From Eledone cirrhosa (lineage: Eukaryota): 64,000 nucleotides of DNA. Shown here piece after piece: positions 45,361-58,969 of this stretch. The DNA lies in the NCBI GenBank assembly GCA_964016885.1, contig OZ024742.1:99944001-100008000 (forward strand). The letters are read 5' to 3'. The notes beneath the pieces are model-generated. The model saw only the letters and a program-made list of their open reading frames with translations. It was not told where the DNA came from and did no database searches. Made by a program: the position numbers and the translations under genes. How positions within the stretch are numbered: position 1 is the first letter of the stretch; the number at the start of each line of letters is the position of its first letter.

Positions 45361-48038
45361 GGATAAAGTAGAAGAGGCAATTAGAAGTGGCAACGTAGCC
45401 AGCGTGCTAGCAACGAGAACGGCCTTGGACCAGTTCTTCGACGCAAAGCATGAAAGCTGCGTTGTCAGAAGCAAAATACGTGCTCTGGGAAATGAGGGAG
45501 CCAAAGCTGTTAGCTGGGCCCGAGTGACGGAGGCAAAAAGTGGCAACAAGTCCACGATTCGGTCTTTGAAGGACCAAAACGGACGCGTGAACGTGAGCCG
45601 AAGCAGATGTGTGCGGCCTTTCAGCGGCACTTTGCTCAACTGTTCGAGCAGGGCGGCGCGCCGGGATGGGCTATGGATTTCGGTCCATACCTCGACGGCC
45701 TACCGCGACTCTCGGAGAGCGAGGCAAAGTTCTGCGAAAAGCCGATTTCAGCCGCTGAGATAGGGGACACGCTGAGCCAATGCGAATCTCCAGGTCTCGA
45801 CGGTCTACCCTACGAATTTTACGTAGCAATGCCGGACTTATTCTCCGGTCTCCTGGAAGCGGTCTTCTGCAACTGGCAACAAAACGGGAGAATTCCCAGT
45901 TCTGTGACCGGGTCACACTAATCAGGTAGGACGAGGATAAGGGGGATGACATAGCCACCTTCCGGCCCATAACTCTGCTAAACACAGAGTTACAGATTTT
46001 GGCCAAGGTGTTGGCAAAGAGGCTGGCGCTTGTCGTCGAGAACCTGGTGGGAGAAGCGCAGACATGCGCGATCCCGACCAGGTCCATACACGACAACCTC
46101 CACCTCATGCAATACATCAGAGAGAGGATAGGGTGTAAACCCTGCTTCGGTGGGGCCCTGATCAACTTGGATCAGTCTAAGGCTTTCGATAGGGTTGACC
46201 ATCGTTTCCTGGATGCGGTGTTCGATGCGGCAGGCTTCGGACTCGTGTTCAGGGGCTGGATTGCTGCAATGCACAACAGCAACATCTGCTCAAGGGTCAA
46301 GGTGAACGGCTACCTCTCGGAGCCTTTCCATATCACGCGATCCATTCGACAGGGATGCCCTCTCTCCTCCCTTCTGTATGTACTGACTCTCGAGCCACTA
46401 CTGCGGAAGTTGGAGCTATTACAGGGCATCCCTCTGGAACCGGGACTACAGAAAGCGGCGTCGGCCTACGCCGACGACGTCTCAGTAATGGTGTCGAGCG
46501 CCTCGCAAATCGAGGAAGTCGGCATCTTACTGAAGGAATACGATAGTTTCACAGGAGCGAAGCTGAACCGGGACAAGTCGGATCGTGGAGAAGCAAACCG
46601 ATGCCTTCCGATGGCGTCGTCGGACGCGGGACGGAAGGACCGGTAAAGCTGCTCCGGTCTGGTTTGATCCGGACCTCCTGGTGGAGAAGAACTGGAACGA
46701 GGTGACGGCCAAGGTGTTTGCACTCACCCAGAAGTGGGCCGAGTGCAAACTATCCTTGAAAGGTCGAGCGGAGGTGGCGAACACTTTTATAGCGTCCGCC
46801 ATCTACTACCGCTTGACTTGTCCAGCCAAAACGCTCACCAAAATAGAGCGCACGCTCTTCCAATTCCTTTGGAAGAGACGGGCTCCTATGGTGAGAAGAT
46901 CCATCTGCTGCCAACACCCTTCTAACGGAGCGCTGGGAATGACGTGGCTGACGATGCGCAAACACGCGCTCGGGTTGCGGCATCTCTACGTATTCCTCAT
47001 CGGACAACCGTTCGTGAGGCGTGCCTTCCCACGACTCGTCTCGCTGACCGAGCTGCAGTCCTGGGTCAAGCAAAGACCGAGGAAAATGGGCGACTGGCAC
47101 ATCGAATGTGCTCAGGCGCTCACAGCCCTCTGGCAGGCGGACCTGACGATCAGTGGAGACTCCACTTCGTCATTCTATAGAGGGTTGATCCGCAGCAAGT
47201 GCGACGACGCGCTCGGTGAAACTCTAGGCGTAGAGGAAGATGAAATGGCCAGTGTTCGGTAGGACCTTCCGCCCGGGACCGATATGACAACTTCCAAAAG
47301 TCCCTGGCATGGCAGTACTACCGAGGAGCTCTACCAGTTCGAGACAAGCTCTACAGATATGGGCGCCCGGGCAGGGACCCTGCAAAAAAGATCTGTCCGA
47401 GTTGCGTGCGAGACGAAGAAACCGTCGCGCACGCATTCATACACTGCCCGGGGGTCACCGACCTGTGGGGCTATGTAGAACGACTATTGTCGCGGTGGGA
47501 CCAATCCGGTTGACCACCGAGTCCTTTGTCATGATCAAACTGCCACCCTCCTTCAAAAACGAAGGAGAGGCGGTTTTCCTTTGTGTGATAACTATGGCGA
47601 AAGAGGTTGTATGTTGGACAAGGTTGAAAGGGCTGAGGTCAGACACCTTTCTCTCCGACCAACAACCGATTCTTTTTTTCAAATACCACTTTGGAAGAAG
47701 AATCAGGATGGAGAGAGAGGTGCTCTACCCCAGCAAGTTTTATGAAAGGTGGGTGAAAGTGGCGAGAATGGCCCGAGTGAATGGGCCTTCTCTCTATATC
47801 AGCCTGTAGGTTGAGGAAAAGGAGGAGGAGAGGAAGGGAGTACAAACTCTTCGTACTCCTGGAGCTGAGGGCTGCACATTTTTTCAGGGGTATGTGTTAC
47901 CTATATGAACTGTCTCCCCCTATTGGGGAAAATCGACTAATTTTTTTAATTGCATTTGTGATAATATTTTACACGTTTTTATTGTATGTAAACTTCCCTC
48001 TTTGTATTTGTCCCCTTCTTTTGTGCTAATAAATAAAC
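45361..48038 (+). mobile_element. L1/Tx1-type LINE copy 2 (5'-truncated, RT to 3' UTR, disrupted)
   Basis: Repeats the RT region of copy 1 from the position equivalent to ~43432; RQGCPLS, YADD; C-terminus ends at 47809; aataaa tail. Confidence 0.9.
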
Positions 48039-48149
48039 ATATCTATCAATCTATCTGTCTCTCCCTCAATCTTTCGCTAACTCTAACTTTCGCTCTCTTT
48101 TTCCCCCTCTCTTTCTATCAATCTACCTATCTATCTCACCCATACACAC

Positions 48150-48960
48150 AGATACAGGTTCGCACGCTTTCGTTCCGGTGATTAAAACCTTGAAGTTCGA
48201 TCTCACATAAGACGTCCATCCGACAACAATGCCGAGCAACTACATGAGTTGTTGAAAGCTGACCCACTCCATACATCACGTCAACTCTTCGGAGTCCTTG
48301 GAGCATCGAAAATAACCATTTTAATCACTTGCATGCGATAGGAAAGGTGACTAAGCTAGACCAATGGGTGCCCCATAATTTGACTTACTGTAATCGTGAA
48401 TATCGGGTGGTAGTTGAGAATTCTCTGCTCTCTTACCAAGGTAAAACTAACTGGTTACGTTCAATTGTCACTGATGATGAAAAATGGTGTCTCTACATTA
48501 ATGTCAAGCGCGGGCGATCGTGAGTTGATAAAGTGGGTGCGCCAGAACGGCAAGCAAAGGCTGGCCTCCACCATCGCAAGGCCCTGGTGGAAATGGAAAG
48601 GTTTCACCTACTACGAGGTGCTTCCATCGAAAACCAGCATAAACTCCGACGACTATTACCAACGTCTGTTAGATTATCGGAGAAATTTGGACAGCTGCGC
48701 ACACACCACGTTCCTATTCGACTCCTTCATGACAACGCTCGGCCGCATATATCAAGGATGTAACGAAAAGCTACTGGAGCTAGGTTGGTAGGTTCTGACC
48801 ATTCATCTTATTCGCCCGACCTCGCACCTACAGACTATCACCTTTCTCTCTCAACGAAGAACAGTTGAATAGGTTGCTTTGCTGAAGGATTTTTTTGAAT
48901 CGAAACCAGAGGAGTTCTAAAGGGATGGAATCATATGCCTTCCCAAACGATGGCAGAGGT
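48150..48960 (+). pseudogene. Decayed mariner transposase
   Basis: WVPHNL, TDDEKW, HDNARPH and YSPDLAPTDY motifs spread across frames. Confidence 0.8.
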
Positions 48961-48974
48961 TACAAAACGCCCCA

Positions 48975-49016
48975 GAGCTAATAAGACTCTGGAAAACGGC
49001 AAAAACCTTCTATCCA

Positions 49017-49102
<86 letters not shown>

Positions 49103-49575
49103 TGGACAGAAGGTTTTTGCCGTTTTCCAGAGTCTTCCAGAGCACCAATTCTAATTATATATATATATTGACTAATAAGACTCTGGAAAACGGCAGAGTC
49201 TTATTAGTCAATATATATATATAATTAGAATTGGTGCTCTAAAATAGCGATATATATATAAATGTATATATAGTGTATTTTGCAGTACACTGTATGCTTA
49301 ATTAAAAGCATTTCGAAGACCTTACGTTATTGTTTTAGAGTAGTGACAGTCTCACTTACTTTAAATGTTCAGCAAACAGGGGAGATAAAGCTGACAGAGC
49401 AATCAGTACTGATTGCTGACAGAGCAATCAGTACGAAACAGCGCTCTGTCAGCTTTATCTCCCCTGTTTGCTGAAAATTTAAAGTAAGTGAGACTGTCAC
49501 TACTCTAAAACAATAGCGTAAGGTCTTCGAAATGCTTTTAATTAAGCATACAGTGTACTGCAAAATACACTATAT
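48975..49575. repeat. Nested fold-back repeats around (TA)n
   Basis: Inverted pairs 48985-49022/49097-49136, 49140-49182/49196-49240 and 49267-49400/49443-49575. Confidence 0.85.
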
Positions 49576-49584
49576 ATACATATA

Positions 49585-49705
<121 letters not shown>

Positions 49706-50045
49706 GGTAAACAGAAATAACAACACAATGGGTACAGTATATGGAAGGAATATGTTAGGTTAACGCTTGATATAGCAGGACAGGGTCTTAATGTTTCGGA
49801 CGCTAGTCATTCATCAGAAGAAAGAATGAGAAATAAGATAGATTGAGAGGACGGGCGGGATGGAATTGGAAAAAATGTCTTCAGATAAAAATAACCGTTC
49901 CATTCATGTTGACATCTCTTGCAAAACCGTGCTGGCGTTTTGTGTTTGATTTATTTTTTAGAAAAGTGGATGATGGAGCGCGTCTACCTGAAATGGAAAA
50001 TAAACCGTTTTGTAAAAAGAGCTATACTTATGCACCTGCGTAAGC

Positions 50046-50076
<31 letters not shown>

Positions 50077-50454
50077 CGTGTATACAGTGGCGGACTGACC
50101 AGCTGGCTAGGTTGCCCAATGGCAAATGGGTTTCCAGGGGACCCATGGTAACATTGCAAGAGCCCACAGTAGCATTGCAGGGCCCACTGTAGTATTTCAG
50201 AGGCCAATGCTTTGCTTTTAAAATATACCTGAAATCTGAGAGAAAGAATAACATTTTTTTTTAAATAAATAAAACTATTAAGCAGAGCATTTGGTCAACC
50301 AATTCCCCAGGGAATTACTAGAAACCAAAACATGCGATAGTGCAAATAGCTGGAATCAGTGATGTATATTCTACTAAATCTAAAGTTTAGTTTATTCATA
50401 TATGCATGCAAACATACAAATATAGACACAGACACACAAGCATATATTTATATA

Positions 50455-50568
<114 letters not shown>

Positions 50569-50577
50569 GAGAGAGAG

Positions 50578-50621
<44 letters not shown>

Positions 50622-50625
50622 CATA

Positions 50626-50893
50626 TAGTGGTAGAACACTGGAAGGTAGGTAATATACGTAGTGGTAGAGCGCTCAGTCCATGGAACTAGTTAGGTAGAA
50701 GTGGTTACACAACAGTTAGTTCACCATATCGAGAACAATTGTTTCACCTTAGCGGATCCTCAGCTCGTAATGGACATGGTTATACGGAACAGGAAGCATC
50801 CCGTTCCGTATAACCATGTCCATTACGAGCTGAGGATCCGCTAAGGTGAAACAATTGTTCTCGGTATGGTGAACTAACTGTTGTGTAACCACT
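50626..50893. mobile_element. Non-autonomous fold-back derivative of the Nematis-like pLTR with two hammerheads
   Basis: Matches 13156-13320. Arms ~50700-50790 and 50803-50893. Plus-strand hammerhead 50826-50863: cgag CTGAGGA tccgctaaggt GAAAC aatt GTT ctcg. Confidence 0.85.
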
Positions 50894-51038
50894 GCTATAT
50901 ATATATATTGAAAGTCCCTGGATTTCGCAAAATACATAATATATTTTATTGGAGAAGGTAAGAAAATTTTCCGCAAAAATTTGATTGCACTATTTTATTT
51001 ACACTTCTGTATTTTTTGAAAATTAAATGATAGCATTC

Positions 51039-51075
<37 letters not shown>

Positions 51076-51173
51076 GTATATATATATGTAGGTGGGGCCC
51101 CCTTCATCTGGTAACCAATATTTTTAGACCTTATCCGCCAATTATTTAGACCTTATCCGCCATAATTATATAA

Positions 51174-51360
51174 TAGCGGTGGATTGGCAGTATCGGTAGA
51201 GGGTCGGACGCCATGCTTTCCAGAATAGTTACGTCCCTTTACGATCTGAGTTCAAATCCCGCCAAGGTTGACTTTGCCTTTCATCCTTACGGGGTCGATA
51301 AAATAAAGTACCAGTAATGCACTGGGTAATTGCTGGCCTTGTGCCTAAAGTAGAAACAAT
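51174..51360 (+). mobile_element. tRNA-derived SINE with TSD aattatataat
   Basis: Same family as 24601; duplicated flank at 51164-51174 and 51358-51368. Confidence 0.85.
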
Positions 51361-51937
51361 TATATAATGCCAATTATTTTAAGTTTGAATCTAACTGACA
51401 TTCAAAAACATATATATAGGAATAAGGTAAGCCCAAATCATAGTAGAGAAAGAGGAGGGGGGGGGTGAGGTGTAGCAAAAAAGGAATCATGGATTGCAGG
51501 TTAAAATGTAGTCTAGATAGATGGGAAACAAAACGAGGATGTAGTTTATTTTATGGAACACCCAAATGATTTAGAAGTCGTCTTAAGTATGAACAATAAC
51601 ATTAAGAAAGACATGAACGACACCACAACACTTTGTTTTGAAAATTTTGAAAGTAAGTTTATAAGTATGAATTTTCATAGTTGTCTCTGTGGCCTAGCGG
51701 TAGGTACTAGAGATGGTGGAGATCCTGGCCTTGGGTTCGATCTTTGTCAAGAGATACATGTAACCTTTTTCAGTTTTTCTTTTACATCTCATAGAAAAAT
51801 AAATGAAAAGGCTTACCGGGAACCCTACTCCAGAGCAGGATCGTACTTCAGACCAGGATCACCACCGTCTATGATTCCTCCAACTAGGCCACTGAGACAG
51901 CTACAAAAGTATAATGAAAATTAGAAACCTCTGAATC

Positions 51938-52075
51938 CGAGCTGAAGATCGGCTAAGGTGAAACAATTGTTCTCGGTATGGTGAATTAACTGTTGTGTAA
52001 CCACTTCTACCTAACTCGTCCCTTGGACGAGTGCTCTACCACTACGGATATTACCTTCCATTGTTCCACCACTAT
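51938..52075 (+). mobile_element. Solo pLTR fragment of the Nematis-like element beginning at the hammerhead
   Basis: cgag CTGAAGA tcggctaaggt GAAAC aatt GTT ctcg, running to ccactata(TA)n. Confidence 0.8.
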
Positions 52076-52095
52076 ATATATATATATATATATAT

Positions 52096-52430
52096 ATATT
52101 TAAAAACACACAGATACATGCGGACACACACATATATACATGAATGCATCCGCACCCAACTGTGAGTTAAGGGTGCCAACTTCACCGATGTTGCTCAATG
52201 AATGACTGGGACAGACCAATTCAGTTTGAACCAGACTGAACCAGTATCAGAGTTAAAAATACATTATGAAGAGAGAAGAAACATTTAGATATAATTAGTA
52301 ATAAAATGTATCATACCTAAACTGTTCCTAAATTCCTCGACTACGTAGTTTCGTGGCATAAACAAAAACAATATATCAAAGATATAGAGTCCTTGCGAGG
52401 TCTGCCGACTTATCAAGAGGATACCTCATA
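52096..52430 (-). mobile_element. Dispersed partial copy of family G (591-bp unit)
   Basis: Reverse complement of ~35272-35603; hammerhead at 52335-52420 keeps TTGATAA; TA on both sides. Confidence 0.9.
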
Positions 52431-52962
52431 TATATATATATAAAGAAATAGGATTTCGCTTCAAGCATAGCTTTGTACAATATGTATAGAAATGTTGTAT
52501 GTCTCTGTGTGCCGGTGTCTGCGTGCTAGGTATGCCTGTATGTGTGTTAAAATATTAATAAAGATTTTGATATAAATGTTGCTACGTTTGTTAACAATTT
52601 CGCACCAATCGACCTATGTAAAATAATTTCTTTATTAGATGATTAGGAATAGGCTTTAACTTTATTTAAACACCACAAAATAAACAAACGGTCACAAAAT
52701 ATATCTTACTGCACATAAAAAACAACTTTGTCGTCTCACTCCAAATACATGACATATATATGTTGAAAACCAATATTAATAAATATATAGAAATATATGT
52801 ATGTGTTTTACGTGTACTATATATATGTGTGAGTGTGGGTGTGTGGGTGTATGTATGTGTGTGCGTATATATATATATATATTAGCAGTGAACCAACAAA
52901 GCTAAATGAATGTATATATATATTAGCGGTGAACCAACAAAGCTAAATGAATGTATATATAT

Positions 52963-53056
<94 letters not shown>

Positions 53057-53572
53057 TTTAACTCATGACATTAGGTGCATAGAAAAATCAAATTATGGAA
53101 GTGAATCAAATGAAGTGGGTGAAAGATAGCCTATATACGTTACAAAAACAGCCACATAACCCGATCTATTTAAAAAAAGTTAATGAAGGTTCTATGTGCT
53201 CGCCTTTGAAATTTGCTTTTCCTCTTTACATCTCATTTGGCGACTCGAGCGCGCGTTCAAACACACACACACACAAGCACATACACACACATATATATAT
53301 ATATATATACATAGATACATATATATTCACCTACATACATATCGATGCGTGTGTGAGCAAGTATATCCGTATAGGCACATACACACATATACACACATGT
53401 GTGTGAAGTTTAATATAGAATGTCTTCTACGGGACTAGAACTGCTTCATTCAAAAGAAATCATCAGGAAAGCTGGCTGTCCTCGTAAAGATTATATTTAT
53501 GTTTGGGGAAATGGTGATTTTTATATATACAGAGGGTGGTGGGGCGATAGGAGATAAATATAAAGTTTGATT

Positions 53573-53611
<39 letters not shown>

Positions 53612-53637
53612 CTGTCTGTCTGTCTGTCTGTCTCTCT

Positions 53638-53698
<61 letters not shown>

Positions 53699-54096
53699 GT
53701 AAGTAGGTAGGTATATTGACTGACTTATTTAAATATATAAAAGAAGAAAAGTTTGAGGAAGAAAGGTTGAAAGAGTGAGATATAGAGAATGAGAGAATCA
53801 TAGCAAGGAGGGAAAAGCAATCAGATATATCAGAGCTAGAGAGAGAGAGAGAGAATTAGATCAGTGAGAAAGGGAACGGGAAAGGGTGTGATCAGAAAGA
53901 GTCCATGCAATAATCAGAGAGAACGATGTTTAGAGAGTGGTAAAAGAGGATAAGAAAGGGAGCTCCGTTGACAGAATATTAATTAAGGAATATCTATCTA
54001 TAAACAAACAAAAATAAACATCGGATGTTTCATAACCTTTGATCTGTCTTTTCTTTACAACCTCTTCAAATGGTTTTCTTAATTCAATATTATGTA

Positions 54097-55425
54097 CGAG
54101 GATAATCCCAAAAGTAAAGTCTCCAAAGCGATGGGGACGCAGAGAAACTGTTCGTACGGCTGTTGGCACCACTGTTGTGATTGGTGCTTCCTTCACTCGC
54201 AAACAAGCATGCGCGCGCTTCTCTGGGATGCTCAATCTTGGCTTGGCAGCCGTTGAGAATGGAGCTCCTGTTGAACGCTACCGCCAAGTGCGAAGTTCAC
54301 GCAGTTATTCGGTTTTTGAACGCAAAAGGCGTTGAACCGATTAAAATTCATCGCCAATTGACGGAAGTGTACGGACAGTCGTGCATGGATGTCAAAAACG
54401 TTCGCAAGTGGTGTAGAGAGTTTACAGCCGGTCCTACTGAAATTCACGACGAACAAAGAAGCGGGAGACCGTCAATTTCCGACGAGACAGTCGCAAAGGT
54501 TGATGAAAATACGCGTAAAAATCGGCGGATCACTCTGGATGCTCTCTGCATTTTGGTTCTTGAGGTTTCCCGAAGCACCATCCACAGGATTTTAACGGAA
54601 AAGTTGCAATATCGGAAGGTGTGCGCAAGATGGGTGCCACGAATGCTGACAGAAGACCGCAAACGGCAACGAGTTGATTATTCCCGCGAATCTTTTCGCC
54701 GCTATGCCGACGAGAAGGACAACTTCTTGGACTCGATTGCCACGGGTGACGAAACCTGGGCGTTCCACTTTACATCTGAGACAAAAACAACAATCACGCG
54801 AGTGGCGGCATCCCTCTTCACCCAAGCGCGAAAATTCAAACAAACACAGTCTGCCGGTAAAGTCATGGCGACTGCGTTTTGGGACCGGAAGGGGGTTTTG
54901 TTGGTCGACTTTATGCCTGCTGGGACCACAATAAACGCTGACAGGTACTGTGAAACACTGAAAAAACTCAGAAGGGCAATTGAGAACTGGAGAAGAGGAA
55001 TGTTGAGCAAGGGTGTAAGCATTCTCCACGACAACGCTCGCCCATACGTCGCCCGTCAAACCGTCGCTCTCCTGCAAAACTTTGGTTGGAACATCATCAC
55101 CCAGCCACCCTATAGTTCGGACTTGGCACCCAGTGACTACCACCTGTTCCCTAAGTTGAAAGAACATTTGTCCGGAAGGTGATTCTGCTCCGACGAAGAG
55201 GTGAAAGATGAGGTTCAACGCTTCCTGGAGGGCATGGCGGCGAGCTGGTATGACATGGGCATACAAAAACTGCCACAGCGTCTACAAAAAGGCATCGACC
55301 GAAATGGCGATTATGTAGAAAAATAAATAATTGTTCAACCTTTAAAATGATGCAAATATTATAGAAAATAAACGGTTGTTTGTATTTCTAAAAAAGAGGA
55401 GACCTTACTTTTGGGATTGCCCTCG
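54097..55425 (+). mobile_element. Mariner (DD34D) DNA transposon, full length
   Basis: TIRs cgaggataatcccaaaagtaaagtctcc / ggagaccttacttttgggattgccctcg; TA target duplication. Confidence 0.95.
54259..55326 (+). pseudogene. Mariner transposase with premature stop (55180-55182) and compensating frameshifts
   Basis: WVPRML, TGDETW, HDNARP, YSSDLAPSDY; reading continues past TGA to GDYVEK*. Confidence 0.9.
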
Positions 55426-56067
55426 TATATATATTTATATATATATATATATATATATAGTTTTAAGTTCAAACGAAAATAAAGGATAGTCAACATATCA
55501 GCAGCTTAACTGAACACCGCATTATCGGCTGTTTAAAGATGAAAAATAGGAAAACACACCAGAGGAGTTTTACGTTTTCGTTTTGAAACCACTGGTTGTC
55601 TAGCTTTAAGTCAATTTGTTAATATATTAAATTATTGTCTGCTCATTTGCTGAGGATAGTGTGCTTACCCATGATGGATTCTCGGTAATTGGGTGGCCTA
55701 TCAAGGATTCTAGTTACCTGCTATTACTGCCAAATGAGTGTGAGGTTCCAAAATTCAAAGACTCCAATGAGATGAATATGTAATAATTAAGTTAATCTAA
55801 TGTATGTTAAAAAAAATATCGGGGGTTAAAAAGATGACTAGGACTCCAGCTGTACCCTATATAATCTTTCGGGTGAAATGTAGGTTCATTCTGATTTCAA
55901 AATGTTTCTGGAGTGACACATTACACGTCGAAACTTCAGTCATAGTAACTTTCCTCTTCACTTGAGTACATTACACTGGGGAACAACTTTTATTCACTTC
56001 GTTGTTAAATCGGTTTCTGGGTGTATTGAGGTCACTGATTCTAAAATAACATTGGTTTGTATTATTT

Positions 56068-56247
56068 TGGCAGTATCGGTAGAGGGTCGGACGCCATGCT
56101 TTGCAGCAAAGAGTTACGGCCCTTTATAGTCTGAGTTCAAATCCCGCCGAAGTTAACTTAGCCTTTCATCCTTACGGGGTCAAGAAAATAAAGTACCAGT
56201 AATGCATTGGGTAATTGCTGGCCGTGTGCCAAAAGTAGAAACAATTA
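56068..56247 (+). mobile_element. tRNA-derived SINE
   Basis: Same family as 24601. Confidence 0.8.
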
Positions 56248-57631
56248 TTTTATTTTATTGTTTTGTTTTGTTTTTCATCACTTGTACTTACCAAGATATG
56301 ATATATATATCTATGTTTATATACAATATATATAATATACATTAGCGGACTGGCACTTACATTTTTTGCCAATTGATTACAAATATATGTTGAATATCAG
56401 CAAAAATAGTGTATTAAAATCAAACAAGCATATGGTGGGAATTTTTTTTTTTAATTCAAACAAGCTTGGGACATGAACGGCAAAAAGAAATTCAGTTTTT
56501 TTTTTAACATCTCTCATACACCACGTTTCTTCAATTTCCTGCGATGAGATATGCCTTGCTATTCAGGTTCAATTCTCCAGCAGTGAACTGAGTGTTCCAC
56601 TTCCGACATCATTTTAATTCACTCGGCTGGGAAAAAGAGAGTTGTACCTGTAATTCAAAGATCTAGCCTATGTCACACCAAATCTCCTTGAGAACAATTT
56701 TAATTTCAAGCGCAAGTTCCTCCATTTATTAAAAAACTGAAATACCCATCGTCGAAACCGATGAAGACCACCTTGTGATATAGTTTGCTGTGTACTACTG
56801 TATAGTGTACTACAGTAATCAGTAATGATATTATGTGAATATAGTGCATGTAGAATATTCAAATTTTAACGTTCTGTACTACATGAGACCAAATTAGTAA
56901 GATATTCTTCGTATCTACTAAGCATCAGAGTGACTGCATCACATGGATAATTAAAGCCGTTAAACAAAAATTACAAATGTTCACGACTATCTTTCCAGTA
57001 GTGAACATACTATAAATATCTAGATCATCCTGTTAAATTATCACAGGACATTAAGTGTTAAGGAAGGTGTACGAATGTTAAATCTGTGTTTAGGTGAAGC
57101 AAAAGCCCAATGCAATATAACAGTAAATTCATCATGTCGTGATTTTCAGCACTCTATGTAATACAAAGGAAGGAAAGGACCTAAACAGGCAAGAGGTTTT
57201 ACACCCATGAATGACAAACTGTGAGTTCGCCTTTCCGAGGCACAAGCCTGGAAAGGACACTTTGTGGAAAATCAGCAATCACCTATGTATGCGAATCTCC
57301 CCTCTCAACGACACCGATGTTGTCCAATAAAACCGCAAAGGCCGATACAGCTTGGCACCAGTCTCGTAACAACCAGTTATTCTTGAGTGGATTGGATCAA
57401 CATAAAATAAAGTGAGATTCAGTGTGTTACAAAGCCGAACCTTTGCATTACAGATACAGCTCATTTCCAATTGAGTGGACTGGAACTATGTGAAATGAAA
57501 TGTCTTGCTCGAGGACACGACGTACAACCCGTTCGCGGATTCTAACTGAAGACTTGAGGAACGTGAGACCAGCCTCCTAAACACTAAGAAACATGGTTTC
57601 AATGTAGAAATAAACAACTAATATTCTCACA

Positions 57632-57860
57632 TAAGAGCGTGATGGACATGCAGAATTGACAGGTAGAGCGTCGGATAAAATGTCATTTCGGCATTTTTTG
57701 TGACCCTTTAGATTATGAGTTCAAATTCCAGCGAGATCAAATTTTGCCTTTCGTTCTTCCGGCGTCGATTAAATAAAGCACCAGTCAAATACAGGAGTGA
57801 TTTAATCTTTGTTCTTGCCTAAAATTTGGTGGCCTTGTGCCTAAATTAGAAACCAATATT
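57632..57860 (+). mobile_element. Older tRNA-derived SINE
   Basis: gagttcaaattcc B box, gtcgattaaataaagcaccag core, ggccttgtgcctaaattagaaac tail. Confidence 0.7.
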
Positions 57861-58550
57861 CTCACATATGCACAACAATGAAACAAATAAAATATACAAG
57901 GGAACATTTGATGGAACGGAAACCCGTTCAATGTGAAGCAAAGTGACGAAAATGGTATGTAAAACGATGCAATGCAATGCAATACAAACTGCAGTGTTAT
58001 TTATTCGTCAGTTAGATAGATTTCCATGGAATTTGCTTAGAGAATGTAACTTAGGTTTGTTGAAATTGCTCAGAGAAAAGAGATCCACGTAATAACGAGG
58101 CGCATTATAACTGTAACCAAAACATTAGGAATATATTTATATATATATATATAAATATATATATACTGTAAAAATACACACATCCATGCACATATGCACA
58201 TATACACACGTCTATGCACACATATATCCATCCAAGTCAGTACACACATACACGCATCCATGCACACACACACATACATCCATGCCCATTCAAACACACA
58301 TATATACACATCCATGCAGGCACGCATATACACGTATACATGGGAAAATACGCGAAGAAGTAAAACGAAAATAAAGTAAAAAGAAAATAATTGTATTTAA
58401 CTTCTCCATTCAACCTAAGAAAGAGAAATAACAGCTACAACTACAGTGATACACACGGACACGGGCACCCCCCCCCCCACACACACACATTCAGGAATAT
58501 ATATATACATGTATATATACATATGTGTATATATATATATGTATATATAC

Positions 58551-58590
<40 letters not shown>

Positions 58591-58591
58591 T

Positions 58592-58626
<35 letters not shown>

Positions 58627-58969
58627 TTATTTATTTATTTATTAACGCCCAAACATACGGAATCACACACATACACATCCATATGTATAAAACAACTACA
58701 ATGATGTTGACAACAACAACAACTAAGAGAGTAAATATTTTCTGTGAAGAATCCACTTAGAAATTGGTAATTTGATCGAGGCATCGTGTGAAGAAAATCT
58801 GGGGATTCCACGGTGGAAGAATCACTGACAAAATGCCACTTGTTTTCCGTTGGAAATTACAGAGTTACAGAGGAGCTGGAAAGAATTAAACAAGGAAAGC
58901 AATTATTTACAACATTACGGCTCTTTGATAGCTATTGGCATCATAACACTTCTGTAACGTCGTCGACCG

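Noticed and set aside
49785-49822. Minus-strand CTGATGA..GAAAC motif
   Set aside because: Stem II base and stem III/NUH geometry are poor; single copy.
52881-52962. 41-bp direct duplication attagc[a/g]gtgaaccaacaaagctaaatgaatg
   Set aside because: Explained by simple slippage between TA runs.
56400-57010. Faint hAT transposase-like words on the minus strand (TRWSS, ELALEIK, ELNL)
   Set aside because: Too degraded to support without a profile search.
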